In this document: positions 1 to 7,809 of the stretch, one piece after another
Position numbering within the stretch: position 1 is the stretch's first letter
How the letters are laid out: every line of letters begins with the position of its first letter
NCBI GenBank assembly: GCA_937900165.1
Contig: CALCCX010000126.1
Location: 1-28,457, forward strand
Direction: 5' to 3'
DNA length: 28,457 nt
Source of the DNA: an uncultured Acidimicrobiia bacterium
GTDB lineage: Bacteria; Actinomycetota; Acidimicrobiia; Spongiisociales; Spongiisociaceae
Notes under the pieces: generated by a model
What the model saw: the letters and a program-made list of their open reading frames with translations, nothing else
The model's database searches: none
What the model was told of the DNA's origin: nothing
Translations under genes and position numbers: made by a program

Positions 1-45
1 TTTTTATTGTTTTTTTATTTTTTTATTTTAGTTTGTTTTTTTTTT
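1..45. other. Low-complexity T-rich run, sequencing artefact
   Basis: Almost pure T directly outside the P7 adapter; it is the reverse complement of the poly-A-like signal produced when a read runs past the adapter. Confidence 0.9.
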
Positions 46-111
46 CAAGCAGAAGACGGCATACGAGATATATCAGTGTGACTGGAGTTCAGACGTGTGC
101 TCTTCCGATCT
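46..111 (+). other. Illumina P7/TruSeq indexed adapter (not genomic)
   Basis: CAAGCAGAAGACGGCATACGAGAT (46-69) + index ATATCAGT (70-77; reverse complement ACTGATAT, which I recall as TruSeq/NEBNext index 25) + GTGACTGGAGTTCAGACGTGTGCTCTTCCGATCT (78-111). Confidence 0.99.
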
Positions 112-411
112 CAGCAACCCCTGACCAAGGGCATTGTTGATCTTGTGCGCGCCGGTGTGGGCCAAATCCTCCCGCTTCAGCAGCACCTCCACCCCAAGCC
201 GTTCTGACAGTCTCGCTGCACCATGCAACGGGGTTGGCCTTCCGACATAGGTGGTCAGCAGACCGTGGAACTCGTCGAGAAACGACTCGTCTGTCCAGGC
301 CTGGTCGAAGGCCTCCTCGAGCTCGCCAATCGCCGGAATCAGCGTCTCAGGGGCGAACCGGCCTCCGAACTCACCGAATCTGCCTCTGTTGTCTGGCCGC
401 TCGAGTTTCAT
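112..411 (-). CDS. trpB: Tryptophan synthase beta chain, N-terminal fragment (truncated by adapter)
   Basis: MKLERPDNRGRFGEFGGRFAPETL...YVGRPTPL...LKREDLAHTGAHKINN with the PLP lysine motif. ATG at 411 overlaps the trpF stop (ATGA). The ORF-track start at 504 is too long and the RSEEHTSELQSH tail is adapter. Confidence 0.97.
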
Positions 412-1007
412 GTCTGGTTCGCTTTCTGGACGAATGCACGGATCAGTTCGGGGTCTTTCACACCTCTGCTGGACTCTAGGCCAGAAGACGCGTCGACCCC
501 CCACGGGCGAACCAACCGTATCGCTTCTTCGATATTGCTCGGATTGAGTCCGCCCGCCAGAACGAAGCGCCTCTCGGTGTTTGGAAGGTCAGATCTGGCG
601 ACCATTCGGCCAGTTCCCCCGAGCGCGTCTGGGTCATACGAATCGACCAGCGGGATCTCCGTGGCTGGTACGTCTCCAATATCGAGTTCTCCAGAACGAA
701 CCGAACGCAGGACTCGCCACCCGACGTCAACGGCAATTCCACCGATCTCGGCCGCGGCCGGGCCGTATGGCTGGACTGCGCTGGCCCCTACCCGCTCGAT
801 GGCGGCAACCATGGCAGAGAGATCCGGTTCTTCAGTGAGAAGAACCACATCTATGCCGACTCCATCCGCCAAACCAGCGGCCCGGTCGAGGTCGACGAAC
901 CTGGGAGAGGCCACTATGTTCACAAGCCCGATCGCTTCGGCGCCGGCGTCGACCGCGGCCTCGATATCCGCCTCTGTTCTGAGGCCGCAAACTTTGACCC
1001 AAGTCAT
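408..1007 (-). CDS. trpF: Phosphoribosylanthranilate isomerase
   Basis: WVKVCGLR, LVDS...GGTG, LAGGLNPSNI, GVDASSGLES..GVKD motifs; ATGA-coupled to trpC and trpB. Confidence 0.96.
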   Translation of the reverse strand: MTWVKVCGLRTEADIEAAVDAGAEAIGLVNIVASPRFVDLDRAAGLADGVGIDVVLLTEEPDLSAMVAAIERVGASAVQPYGPAAAEIGGIAVDVGWRVLRSVRSGELDIGDVPATEIPLVDSYDPDALGGTGRMVARSDLPNTERRFVLAGGLNPSNIEEAIRLVRPWGVDASSGLESSRGVKDPELIRAFVQKANQT

Positions 1008-1774
1008 CGCCCCGCGTCCACCATCTCGGCGATCGCCAAAGACGGGTCAACGTGCTTGACGAGGTATTCGCCGATCAACACCGCATCGAACCCAGCCCCC
1101 GCCATACGGCGTGCATCCTCAGGTCCCTTGATCCCGCTTTCCCCTACCGTCGCTGCCACACCCTCCAACATGGGTGCGATGCGTTCGGAGGTCGCGATGT
1201 CTGTGGTGAAGGTGGAGAGATCACGGTTGTTGACCCCGATGATGGTCGCTCCAGATTCGAGTGCCCTCAACGCTTCAGACTCGTCGTGCACTTCGACAAT
1301 CGCAGCCATGCCAAACTCACCGGCCGCGGCGAGCAGTTCGACGAGGGCCGCGTCATCGAGGATGGCCACGATCAACAACACTGCATCTGCGCCCATCGCC
1401 CTCGCCTCGGTGATGTGAATCGGGTGGAGTGTGAAATCCTTGCGAATCACCGGGAGGCCAACGCAAGCCCTGGCGTTGGCCAAATCGTTCGATTCGGCTG
1501 AGAAGAAATCCGGTTCCGTCAAAACCGATAGCGCGGCTGCTCCGCCTCGCTCGTACGACTCGGCCAAAACGGCCGAGTCCAGGTGGACGTTGAGCGGACC
1601 CTTCGAGGGTGAGGCACGTTTGATTTCGGCGATGACCGAGAGCCCGGGCGATAGGAGTGCTCCGGCGAAATCGCGGACCGGCGGCGCCGTTCGTACGCCG
1701 GCCTCCAATTCTGGGAGCCGGGCAATCAACTCAGGAAGCCGATGCCTAACGGCTTGGACAATGCGATCGAGCAC
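1004..1774 (-). CDS. trpC: Indole-3-glycerol phosphate synthase
   Basis: IAEIKRASPSKG, LSVLTEPDFF, RKDF, VEVH, IGVNNRDL, ESGI motifs; GTG start. Confidence 0.97.
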   Translation of the reverse strand: MLDRIVQAVRHRLPELIARLPELEAGVRTAPPVRDFAGALLSPGLSVIAEIKRASPSKGPLNVHLDSAVLAESYERGGAAALSVLTEPDFFSAESNDLANARACVGLPVIRKDFTLHPIHITEARAMGADAVLLIVAILDDAALVELLAAAGEFGMAAIVEVHDESEALRALESGATIIGVNNRDLSTFTTDIATSERIAPMLEGVAATVGESGIKGPEDARRMAGAGFDAVLIGEYLVKHVDPSLAIAEMVDAGR

Positions 1775-1780
1775 CGGAGG

Positions 1781-1786
1781 ATGCTA
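1781..1786 (-). promoter_or_regulatory. Putative -10 box TAGCAT, leaderless promoter of trpC
   Basis: TAnnnT hexamer exactly 6 nt upstream of the GTG start; no Shine-Dalgarno sequence. Confidence 0.55.
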
Positions 1787-1835
1787 CCGGCCACCAGTAG
1801 CGCCCGAATCATCCGGAGCCAGGCGACGCAGATCT

Positions 1836-2795
1836 CTACCCGTCTCGGGGTGCTCCGACCATCGGTAGATCGACGACGAGCGCTGACGCCTTTCCTTCAT
1901 CCCATTCCAGCGATACAACAGTTCCGGACTGGGCCTCTCTGCGGACTAAGCCCATGGCGATTGGAGCTCGAAGTTCGAGAGATTCGCCAACGGAAGTTAT
2001 TCGACCCAACTCCCGGTCGGCCCCGACAATGGTGGCGCCGATCGGCGGAACAACGCTGTCCTGCAATTGCAGACCGGCGAGGCGCCGGTTGACCCGACCC
2101 CTGGTGTTGATCCTGGCGACCAGTTCTTGACCGAGGTAGCAGCCTTTGGAGAAGGAAACCGACACGTCCACCAGCCCAGACTCCTGGGGAATCGTGTTGT
2201 GATCGACGTCGCGACCCATGACCGGTTCCCCTGTCTCGATCCTGATCGTTTCGGCTGCGATTGCACCGACTCGCACCGCTCCCGCCTCTTCGATGATTCC
2301 GGCGTCCACACCGGCCACCAGAACTCTTTGCAAGGGTCCGAGGGGGGCATCGATGACTAGCACGGAGTCCGCCTCACTCCAGCCTTCGACCATGTCCACG
2401 ACCCTGGCAACCGTCGACCTCGCCTTCGCTCCCCAAACCTCGAGGATCGACCTGGCATCAGGTCGCAGCTCGACATCCACCCGAAACCGCCAACCCGCCA
2501 AGGCCTCGAGTGTGGCTTCGGCCATCGATTGATCGACCAATATGCCGACCCGGTCCTCGCCACGCAGCACCCACATGAGCGACACCAATTTGCCGCGTGG
2601 TTCCAACAGCATCGACCTGGAGACCTGTCCCGCCGCCATTGCTTCGATGTCCTGAGTGATGATGCTCTGCAGGAATGACACGGCGTCTGGACCCTCAACC
2701 CAGAACAGGCTCCGCAAGCCCTCAACCAGGCCGGCCGAACGGCCTGCGAGGTACTCGGCGGTGGTGTCTCCGTAGCTTTCTGGCAGATCAGACAT
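1836..2795 (-). CDS. ygfZ: YgfZ/GcvT-family folate-binding protein
   Basis: Signature SFSKGCYLGQE plus GcvT-like N-terminus (GPDAVSFLQSIITQDI); start overlaps the trpE stop by 8 nt. Confidence 0.88.
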   Translation of the reverse strand: MSDLPESYGDTTAEYLAGRSAGLVEGLRSLFWVEGPDAVSFLQSIITQDIEAMAAGQVSRSMLLEPRGKLVSLMWVLRGEDRVGILVDQSMAEATLEALAGWRFRVDVELRPDARSILEVWGAKARSTVARVVDMVEGWSEADSVLVIDAPLGPLQRVLVAGVDAGIIEEAGAVRVGAIAAETIRIETGEPVMGRDVDHNTIPQESGLVDVSVSFSKGCYLGQELVARINTRGRVNRRLAGLQLQDSVVPPIGATIVGADRELGRITSVGESLELRAPIAMGLVRREAQSGTVVSLEWDEGKASALVVDLPMVGAPRDG

Positions 2796-4257
2796 CCGAA
2801 GCCCCCTTTATTGCGGCCAGTGCGGCCGCGGCCTTGGCCATGGTCTCGTCGTACTCCGTAGCCGGATCCGAATCGGCAACCAGGCCGGCGCCTGCCTGGA
2901 CCCAGGCCTTGCCGTCTGCGATCACCACCGTGCGAAGACAGATGGCGGTGTCCACGTTTCCCGAAAAATCCAAGTACCCGAGCGCACCCGCATATGGGCC
3001 TCTGGCAACAGGTTCCAACTCGTCGATTATCTGCATAGCGGCAACTTTGGGAGCACCAGACACCGTTCCGTGTGGGAACACGGCTCGAAGCACATCGACC
3101 GGTCCGAGACCGGGTCGGAGCTTGCCTGAAACTCCTGAAACAATGTGCATGACATGAGAAAAACGCTCGATCACCATGAGCTCATCAACATCGACGGTGC
3201 CAAACTCGCAGACCCTACCGAGGTCGTTGCGGGCAAGATCCACGAGCATCACATGCTCGGCCCGCTCCTTGGGGTCGGCCAACAAGTCCTCCTCGAGGGC
3301 CTGGTCCTCGTCCTGTGTCTTGCCCCTCGGTCTCGTCCCTGCAATAGGACGTGAATGCACGATCCCGTCCCTGACCCTCGTCATCAGCTCCGGCGATGAA
3401 CCCACCACTGTGACCTGGGGATGACGAAGGAAGAACATGAAAGGCGACGGATTGATCAATCGCAGCGCCCTGTAAACGCGAAAGGCATCACCCCCATAAT
3501 CCGTTTCGAGGCGCTGGGACAGGGTCACCTGAAAAGCGTCACCCTTCCGGACATACTCGCGTACCGCCTCCACCCCAGACTCAAACGCCTTTCTGTCCAA
3601 TGTTGATATCGGAGTGATTTCGGGTGGGATACGGCTCGGAAGCTGGGTTGGCGTGTACTGGGTTCCAGCGCCAAGTCGTTCGGCCGCGCTCGACAGGGCC
3701 CGAACGGCGGCGTCGTACTGGGCTGACGGATCATCTGCAACGAATACGTTGCGAACCAACACGATCGACTGTGAGAAGCGATCGACTGCGGCCAGACTGC
3801 CAACGAACTGCCAAACCATTTCCGGGAGGTCGCGATCATCCAACGGCATATTCGGCATCCGCTCTATGTATCGGACCACGTCGTAGGACAGATACCCGAC
3901 CAGGCCGCTGTGCAGGGGAGGAAGGCCGGGTAGGTCTGGACTCCTGTAGCGGGCCAACAGTTCCTCGAGGACCTCGAGCGGGTCACCATCGGGTAAATCG
4001 AGGTCTGCGCCTTCGGCGCTGACCAGACCACCCCTCGACACGACCGTGAACTCGGGATCCCACCCGAGAAACGACCATTGCGCCCACTGCTCGCCCCCCT
4101 GAACGGATTCGAGGAGAAAGCCAGGTGCCGAACCGACCAGCTTTTCGAACGCAGAGACAGGTGTCTCTCGATCGGCCAAGATCGTTGTGGTGAGAGGCAC
4201 AACCGGATACCGACCAGCCAGGTCGACGAATTCTGATCGCCCAAGGTTGAACTTCAT
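2788..4257 (-). CDS. trpE: Anthranilate synthase component I
   Basis: LLES, NPSPFM, KERAEHVMLVDLARND and QAGAGLVADS motifs. RPIAGT has Ala where PabB has Lys (PIKGT), favouring TrpE over PabB. Confidence 0.93.
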   Translation of the reverse strand: MKFNLGRSEFVDLAGRYPVVPLTTTILADRETPVSAFEKLVGSAPGFLLESVQGGEQWAQWSFLGWDPEFTVVSRGGLVSAEGADLDLPDGDPLEVLEELLARYRSPDLPGLPPLHSGLVGYLSYDVVRYIERMPNMPLDDRDLPEMVWQFVGSLAAVDRFSQSIVLVRNVFVADDPSAQYDAAVRALSSAAERLGAGTQYTPTQLPSRIPPEITPISTLDRKAFESGVEAVREYVRKGDAFQVTLSQRLETDYGGDAFRVYRALRLINPSPFMFFLRHPQVTVVGSSPELMTRVRDGIVHSRPIAGTRPRGKTQDEDQALEEDLLADPKERAEHVMLVDLARNDLGRVCEFGTVDVDELMVIERFSHVMHIVSGVSGKLRPGLGPVDVLRAVFPHGTVSGAPKVAAMQIIDELEPVARGPYAGALGYLDFSGNVDTAICLRTVVIADGKAWVQAGAGLVADSDPATEYDETMAKAAAALAAIKGASDV

Positions 4258-4260
4258 GTC

Positions 4261-4275
4261 GGCAGGCTACCTGCC
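4261..4275 (-). promoter_or_regulatory. Putative leaderless trpE promoter (-10 TAGCCT, 4264-4269) inside the palindrome GGCAGG-CTA-CCTGCC
   Basis: Hexamer 6 nt upstream of the ATG at 4257, with a 6-3-6 inverted repeat centred on it. Confidence 0.55.
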
Positions 4276-4284
4276 CACCCGGCA

Positions 4285-5037
4285 CTAGATGACGGCGAGC
4301 CAGTCGAGTCCGATCCGGACCATGAAGTTGGTTATCCAAATAGAGATGACGTTGATCTGACCCGTCACCATCACGACCCCGAAGGCGGCCAGCGCGACCC
4401 CAGAGCCGATGTTGATTGTGCGCAGATAGCGGCGCATGAAGGAGATCACTCTGAACGCCTTCGTCAATCCGATCGCGGCAAGTACGAACGGGACTCCCAA
4501 CCCGAGAGAGAAGAACAGCAAAAGGACCATGCCCTGGGTCAGGCTCTCTGATGCGGCTGCAGCAGTGAGAATCACCCCGAGCACCGGTCCGATACACGGG
4601 GTCCACCCAAAACCGAACGCCACCCCCATGACCGGGGGCGCGAACGAGCCGAGCCGGGATGGGTTCACGTCCGGCCGATGCTCACGCATCAAGAACGACA
4701 GTGCAGGCGACTTGGAGACAGCCAGCATCACCATCAGTATCCCGAAGCCGATGATGACCCAACCCGCGATCGTGGTTGTCAGCAATTGGTTCCGCAACAA
4801 CCACTCACCCAGGACGGTGGCCGATGCGCCCACCGCGACGAACACCACCGTGAATCCTGCAACGAACAGAAGCGTCACACGGAACATGCGCACGACCGAA
4901 GTGTTGCCTGCTTCGAGGTCGGCAACGGAATAGCCGGACATCATCGACAGGTAGCCGGGCAGCAGAGGAAGCACGCAGGGCGAGAGGAACGAGAGCGCGC
5001 CGGCTCCGAAGGCCACAATTATCCCGACTTCTTGCAA
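4285..5037 (-). CDS. ccdA: Cytochrome c biogenesis / disulfide-exchange membrane protein CcdA (DsbD transmembrane domain)
   Basis: SFLSPCVLPLLP and FGWTPCIGPVLG, the two redox cysteines, in a polytopic membrane protein. Start uncertain: TTG at 5037 after GGAG, or the ORF-track TTG at 5076. Confidence 0.9.
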   Translation of the reverse strand: MQEVGIIVAFGAGALSFLSPCVLPLLPGYLSMMSGYSVADLEAGNTSVVRMFRVTLLFVAGFTVVFVAVGASATVLGEWLLRNQLLTTTIAGWVIIGFGILMVMLAVSKSPALSFLMREHRPDVNPSRLGSFAPPVMGVAFGFGWTPCIGPVLGVILTAAAASESLTQGMVLLLFFSLGLGVPFVLAAIGLTKAFRVISFMRRYLRTINIGSGVALAAFGVVMVTGQINVISIWITNFMVRIGLDWLAVI

Positions 5038-5146
5038 TTGGCTCCAGCTCGGCGGGTCCTCAGATGATGGCAGCAACCTACGGTTACTTCACATCATTGC
5101 GACGAAGGTGTTCATGGCGCCTTTCTCGTGCCGCACTCGCTGGCCG

Positions 5147-5264
5147 GTTCGATCCTCTAGTCTGCCCGGCGGTGGGTCAGGGAACATGGCGAGGCGAGCC
5201 ATGTCTGCCGAGCGGCAAGGCACATCCGTTGGCCAGACGGACCCTGGAAAAGAGAGGATCGAGC
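5147..5264 (+). promoter_or_regulatory. Candidate structured 5' leader that sequesters the MFS ribosome-binding site
   Basis: 12-bp stem 5147-5158/5253-5264 covers AGAGGA just before the ATG at 5266 and encloses a multi-hairpin junction. No known riboswitch consensus recognised. Confidence 0.45.
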
Positions 5265-5265
5265 G

Positions 5266-6498
5266 ATGCTCAAACGTTTGATCCGATTGGTTGCTCCAGT
5301 GCGGGGATTCCGTCGTGAGGACCGCAGACTCCTCACCCTGATGTATCTGATCGGCATTTTTCACGGCTACGCCCAGAGCCAGGCAGTCAACACCCTCCCG
5401 TTCGTGCGTCTCTCCTTTGGCCTCAGCGAGGGCGATATGAGCCGCCTGTTCGCCTATGCCAGGATCGGCGCGGTGATCGCGGTCGGGTACGCGATCATGG
5501 GTGACCGCCAAGGCCGAAGGCGTCCGTTCTTGGCAGCGACCCTCCTTCTCTTTCTGGCCACCGCGGCCACGGCTTTCGCCAACGGACCTCTCGTCTACAC
5601 CGTTCTGCAGGGCCTGACCAGAATGGGAGGGGCGGCCGCTGGGGCCCTGGCCGTGGTACTGCTCGCAGAGCAGCTCAGACCAGATTCGCGCGCTTGGGGA
5701 ATCGCCGTGTACGCCGCCGCCACCGCTTTCGGTTCTGGCATCGGACTATTCGCCCTTCCGATCGCCCGGATGGGAGAACAGAGTTGGAGGGTTTTGTTCG
5801 GCCTCGCTGCTCTTGGCTTGATCGTGTACCCCCTTCTCAGCTCCAAACTGCCAGAGTCACCCGCATTTCGGCCGGTTGAGAGGCCGGCCAGTTTTCTCGC
5901 GGTTCCCTTTGGAGCACACGCGAGAGGCTTCTGGACCTTGGCCGCCTATAGCCTGCTGGTGGCGTCCTTCGGAGTGATCGTGATCACTTTCGGACTGGAG
6001 CGTCTGGTAAACGACCTCGGCTACACAACCGGGGCCGCCTCTTGGATCATGCTGGTCGGCGGCACGGTCGGAGGAATAGGGTTCTTCGCTGGTGGTCGAA
6101 TGGCAGACACGATGGGTCGCAAAGCGACCATCTCGGTGGCGCTTCTCGCCGGCCTGGTCGGTGGTGTCGGATTTTATTGGCTCTCGTCTCCCCCGCTTTT
6201 GATCTTCTCCTGGACCGTCAGCACGTTCGGGGGTTTCGCCTCGATCCCCGCCGCAGCGGCTCAGCGCAATGAACTTTTTCCAACCGAAGTCCGCGCGACG
6301 GCGGTGCAATGGATCAATTCGACGGCAGTCCTCGGGTCGATGCTTGGGCTCGCGGTCGGCGCGGCCACCATCGACGTGTGGGGGCTGCCCAGAACGGTGG
6401 CCACACTCGGAATCGGGGTAATCCTCGCAATCGTCATCCAAACCTTCGTTCCCGAAAGCCTCGGCACTCAGCTCGATCAGGACAACGTGGCGCCGTGA
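5266..6498 (+). CDS. Major facilitator superfamily transporter
   Basis: 410 aa, about 12 hydrophobic segments; motif-A-like GDRQGRRR and GRMADTMGRK in the two halves; ELFPTEVRATA. Confidence 0.92.
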   Translation: MLKRLIRLVAPVRGFRREDRRLLTLMYLIGIFHGYAQSQAVNTLPFVRLSFGLSEGDMSRLFAYARIGAVIAVGYAIMGDRQGRRRPFLAATLLLFLATAATAFANGPLVYTVLQGLTRMGGAAAGALAVVLLAEQLRPDSRAWGIAVYAAATAFGSGIGLFALPIARMGEQSWRVLFGLAALGLIVYPLLSSKLPESPAFRPVERPASFLAVPFGAHARGFWTLAAYSLLVASFGVIVITFGLERLVNDLGYTTGAASWIMLVGGTVGGIGFFAGGRMADTMGRKATISVALLAGLVGGVGFYWLSSPPLLIFSWTVSTFGGFASIPAAAAQRNELFPTEVRATAVQWINSTAVLGSMLGLAVGAATIDVWGLPRTVATLGIGVILAIVIQTFVPESLGTQLDQDNVAP

Positions 6499-7776
6499 CG
6501 GATCGCCAGCGGTAACACCCTGAAAACCATCAAGGCGGTCACCACCCACCAGACATCCGCGATGGTGGTGACCGACGCCAACCCAATGGCACCCAGCACG
6601 GTGGCCACAACCATCCAACCTCCCAGGAAACGGAAAGCCCCTGCACCGATGTAAATCCCGTCCCAGACAAAGACAAGAGCGTTGAGCGGTTGGGTGAGGG
6701 CCACGAAGGGCATCAGTGACGTGACCACGAGCACGACTTCGGGGTCAGAGGAAAACCAGGTTGGCAACGCCCCTCGCAACAGCCAGAAGGCCAATCCGAG
6801 AGAGCCTCCCCATACCAGCGCCCAGGCAAGCATCCGATCGGCCGTCAGCCTCGCCTCCTGGTTGTCACCTTGGCCGAGGCTCGCGGCGATGAGTGCCTGG
6901 GCGGCTATCGCTATCGCGTCTACCGCCAAGGCCAGGAATATCCACACCTGGAGTGCCACCTGGTGGGCGGCAACTTCGACAACACCGATCTCGGCGGCGG
7001 TTCGGGTGGTGAGTGCGAAGAAGGACACAAGGGCCAGAGACCGAACCGACAAGGCCGACCCTGCCCCCAACAATGAAACGAGATCACCGAATTTTGGGAT
7101 CGTGGCAGTGAGCGGAAGACCCGAGCGTCCTCGGGCCAAACAGCCAGACAAAGGCGATCGCTCCACCCCACTGTGCGACTACCGATGCAATCGCCGCTCC
7201 CTGTACCCCTAGGTCGAATCCGAAGATCAGCAGCGGGTCGAGGATCAGATTGACGATGCTGAGCCCAACCGTCACCAGCAGCGGGGTGAACGTGTCCCGC
7301 ACTCCCCTGAAGATCCCATTTGCGTCCGTGATCACAAGTACGGCAGGCAGCCCGAATGCCCGGATCCGCAGATACTAGATCGCCGGTTCGCCCACCTCGC
7401 CGCCTGCTCCCATGAACTCCACCAACGAACCGGCGGCGCTCACCAGTATCACCGCGCCGACGAGGCCGAAACCGACTCCCAGGATCAGGGCCTGACCGGC
7501 CAACGATGCCGCTTGTCGATCATTTCCGCTCGCGACTGCTGACGCGATGAGCGGGGTCGTTGCATAGGCGAGAAAAGTGAAGACAAAGAAGGCAAACCCG
7601 AGAATGGCGGCATCTATCCCGAGCGCCGCCAGCGGCGCAGCACCGAGCCGTCCGACGAACGCCGTGTCCACGAGGGATACGAGCGGTTCGGCCGCCAGCG
7701 CGCCAAGCGCAGGTATGGCGAGCCGAAAAATCGCCCTGTCGGTCTCGGTTATCCGCAGCGCGGTTGCTTCGCTCAT
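6477..7776 (-). pseudogene. MATE/DinF-family efflux transporter, disrupted by an in-frame TAG and a +1 frameshift
   Basis: Three consecutive ORF pieces form one MATE: LAIPALGALAAEPLVSLVDTAFVGRLG...EPAI*YLRIRAFGLP...FRGVRDTFTPL...AHQVALQVW. TAG is at 7375-7377. Removing one base from the AAA at 7138-7140 restores VWLLARGRSG and a 432-codon frame. Confidence 0.88.
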
Positions 7777-7809
7777 GAGCCCTCGACGTTACCGCTAGCC
7801 TCTGGCCGC

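Noticed and set aside
73-111. C-terminal peptide RSEEHTSELQSH on the trpB ORF
   Set aside because: It is the translation of the TruSeq adapter, not a protein domain.
5141-5160. GGTTCGATCC resembling a tRNA T-loop
   Set aside because: No T-stem pairing, no cloverleaf of tRNA dimensions and no CCA end.
5109-5190. Loose resemblance to a SAM-IV riboswitch (GCTGGCCGG, GCGGTGGG)
   Set aside because: The SAM-binding core elements (AUGAG, GCAACC, GAUGACC) are missing.
7375-7377. In-frame TAG in the MATE gene as pyrrolysine or stop-codon recoding, given the nearby MttB gene
   Set aside because: TAG is a normal stop for ygfZ (1836) and ccdA (4285), the MttB gene has no amber codon, no pyl genes are visible, and the same MATE gene also has a frameshift.
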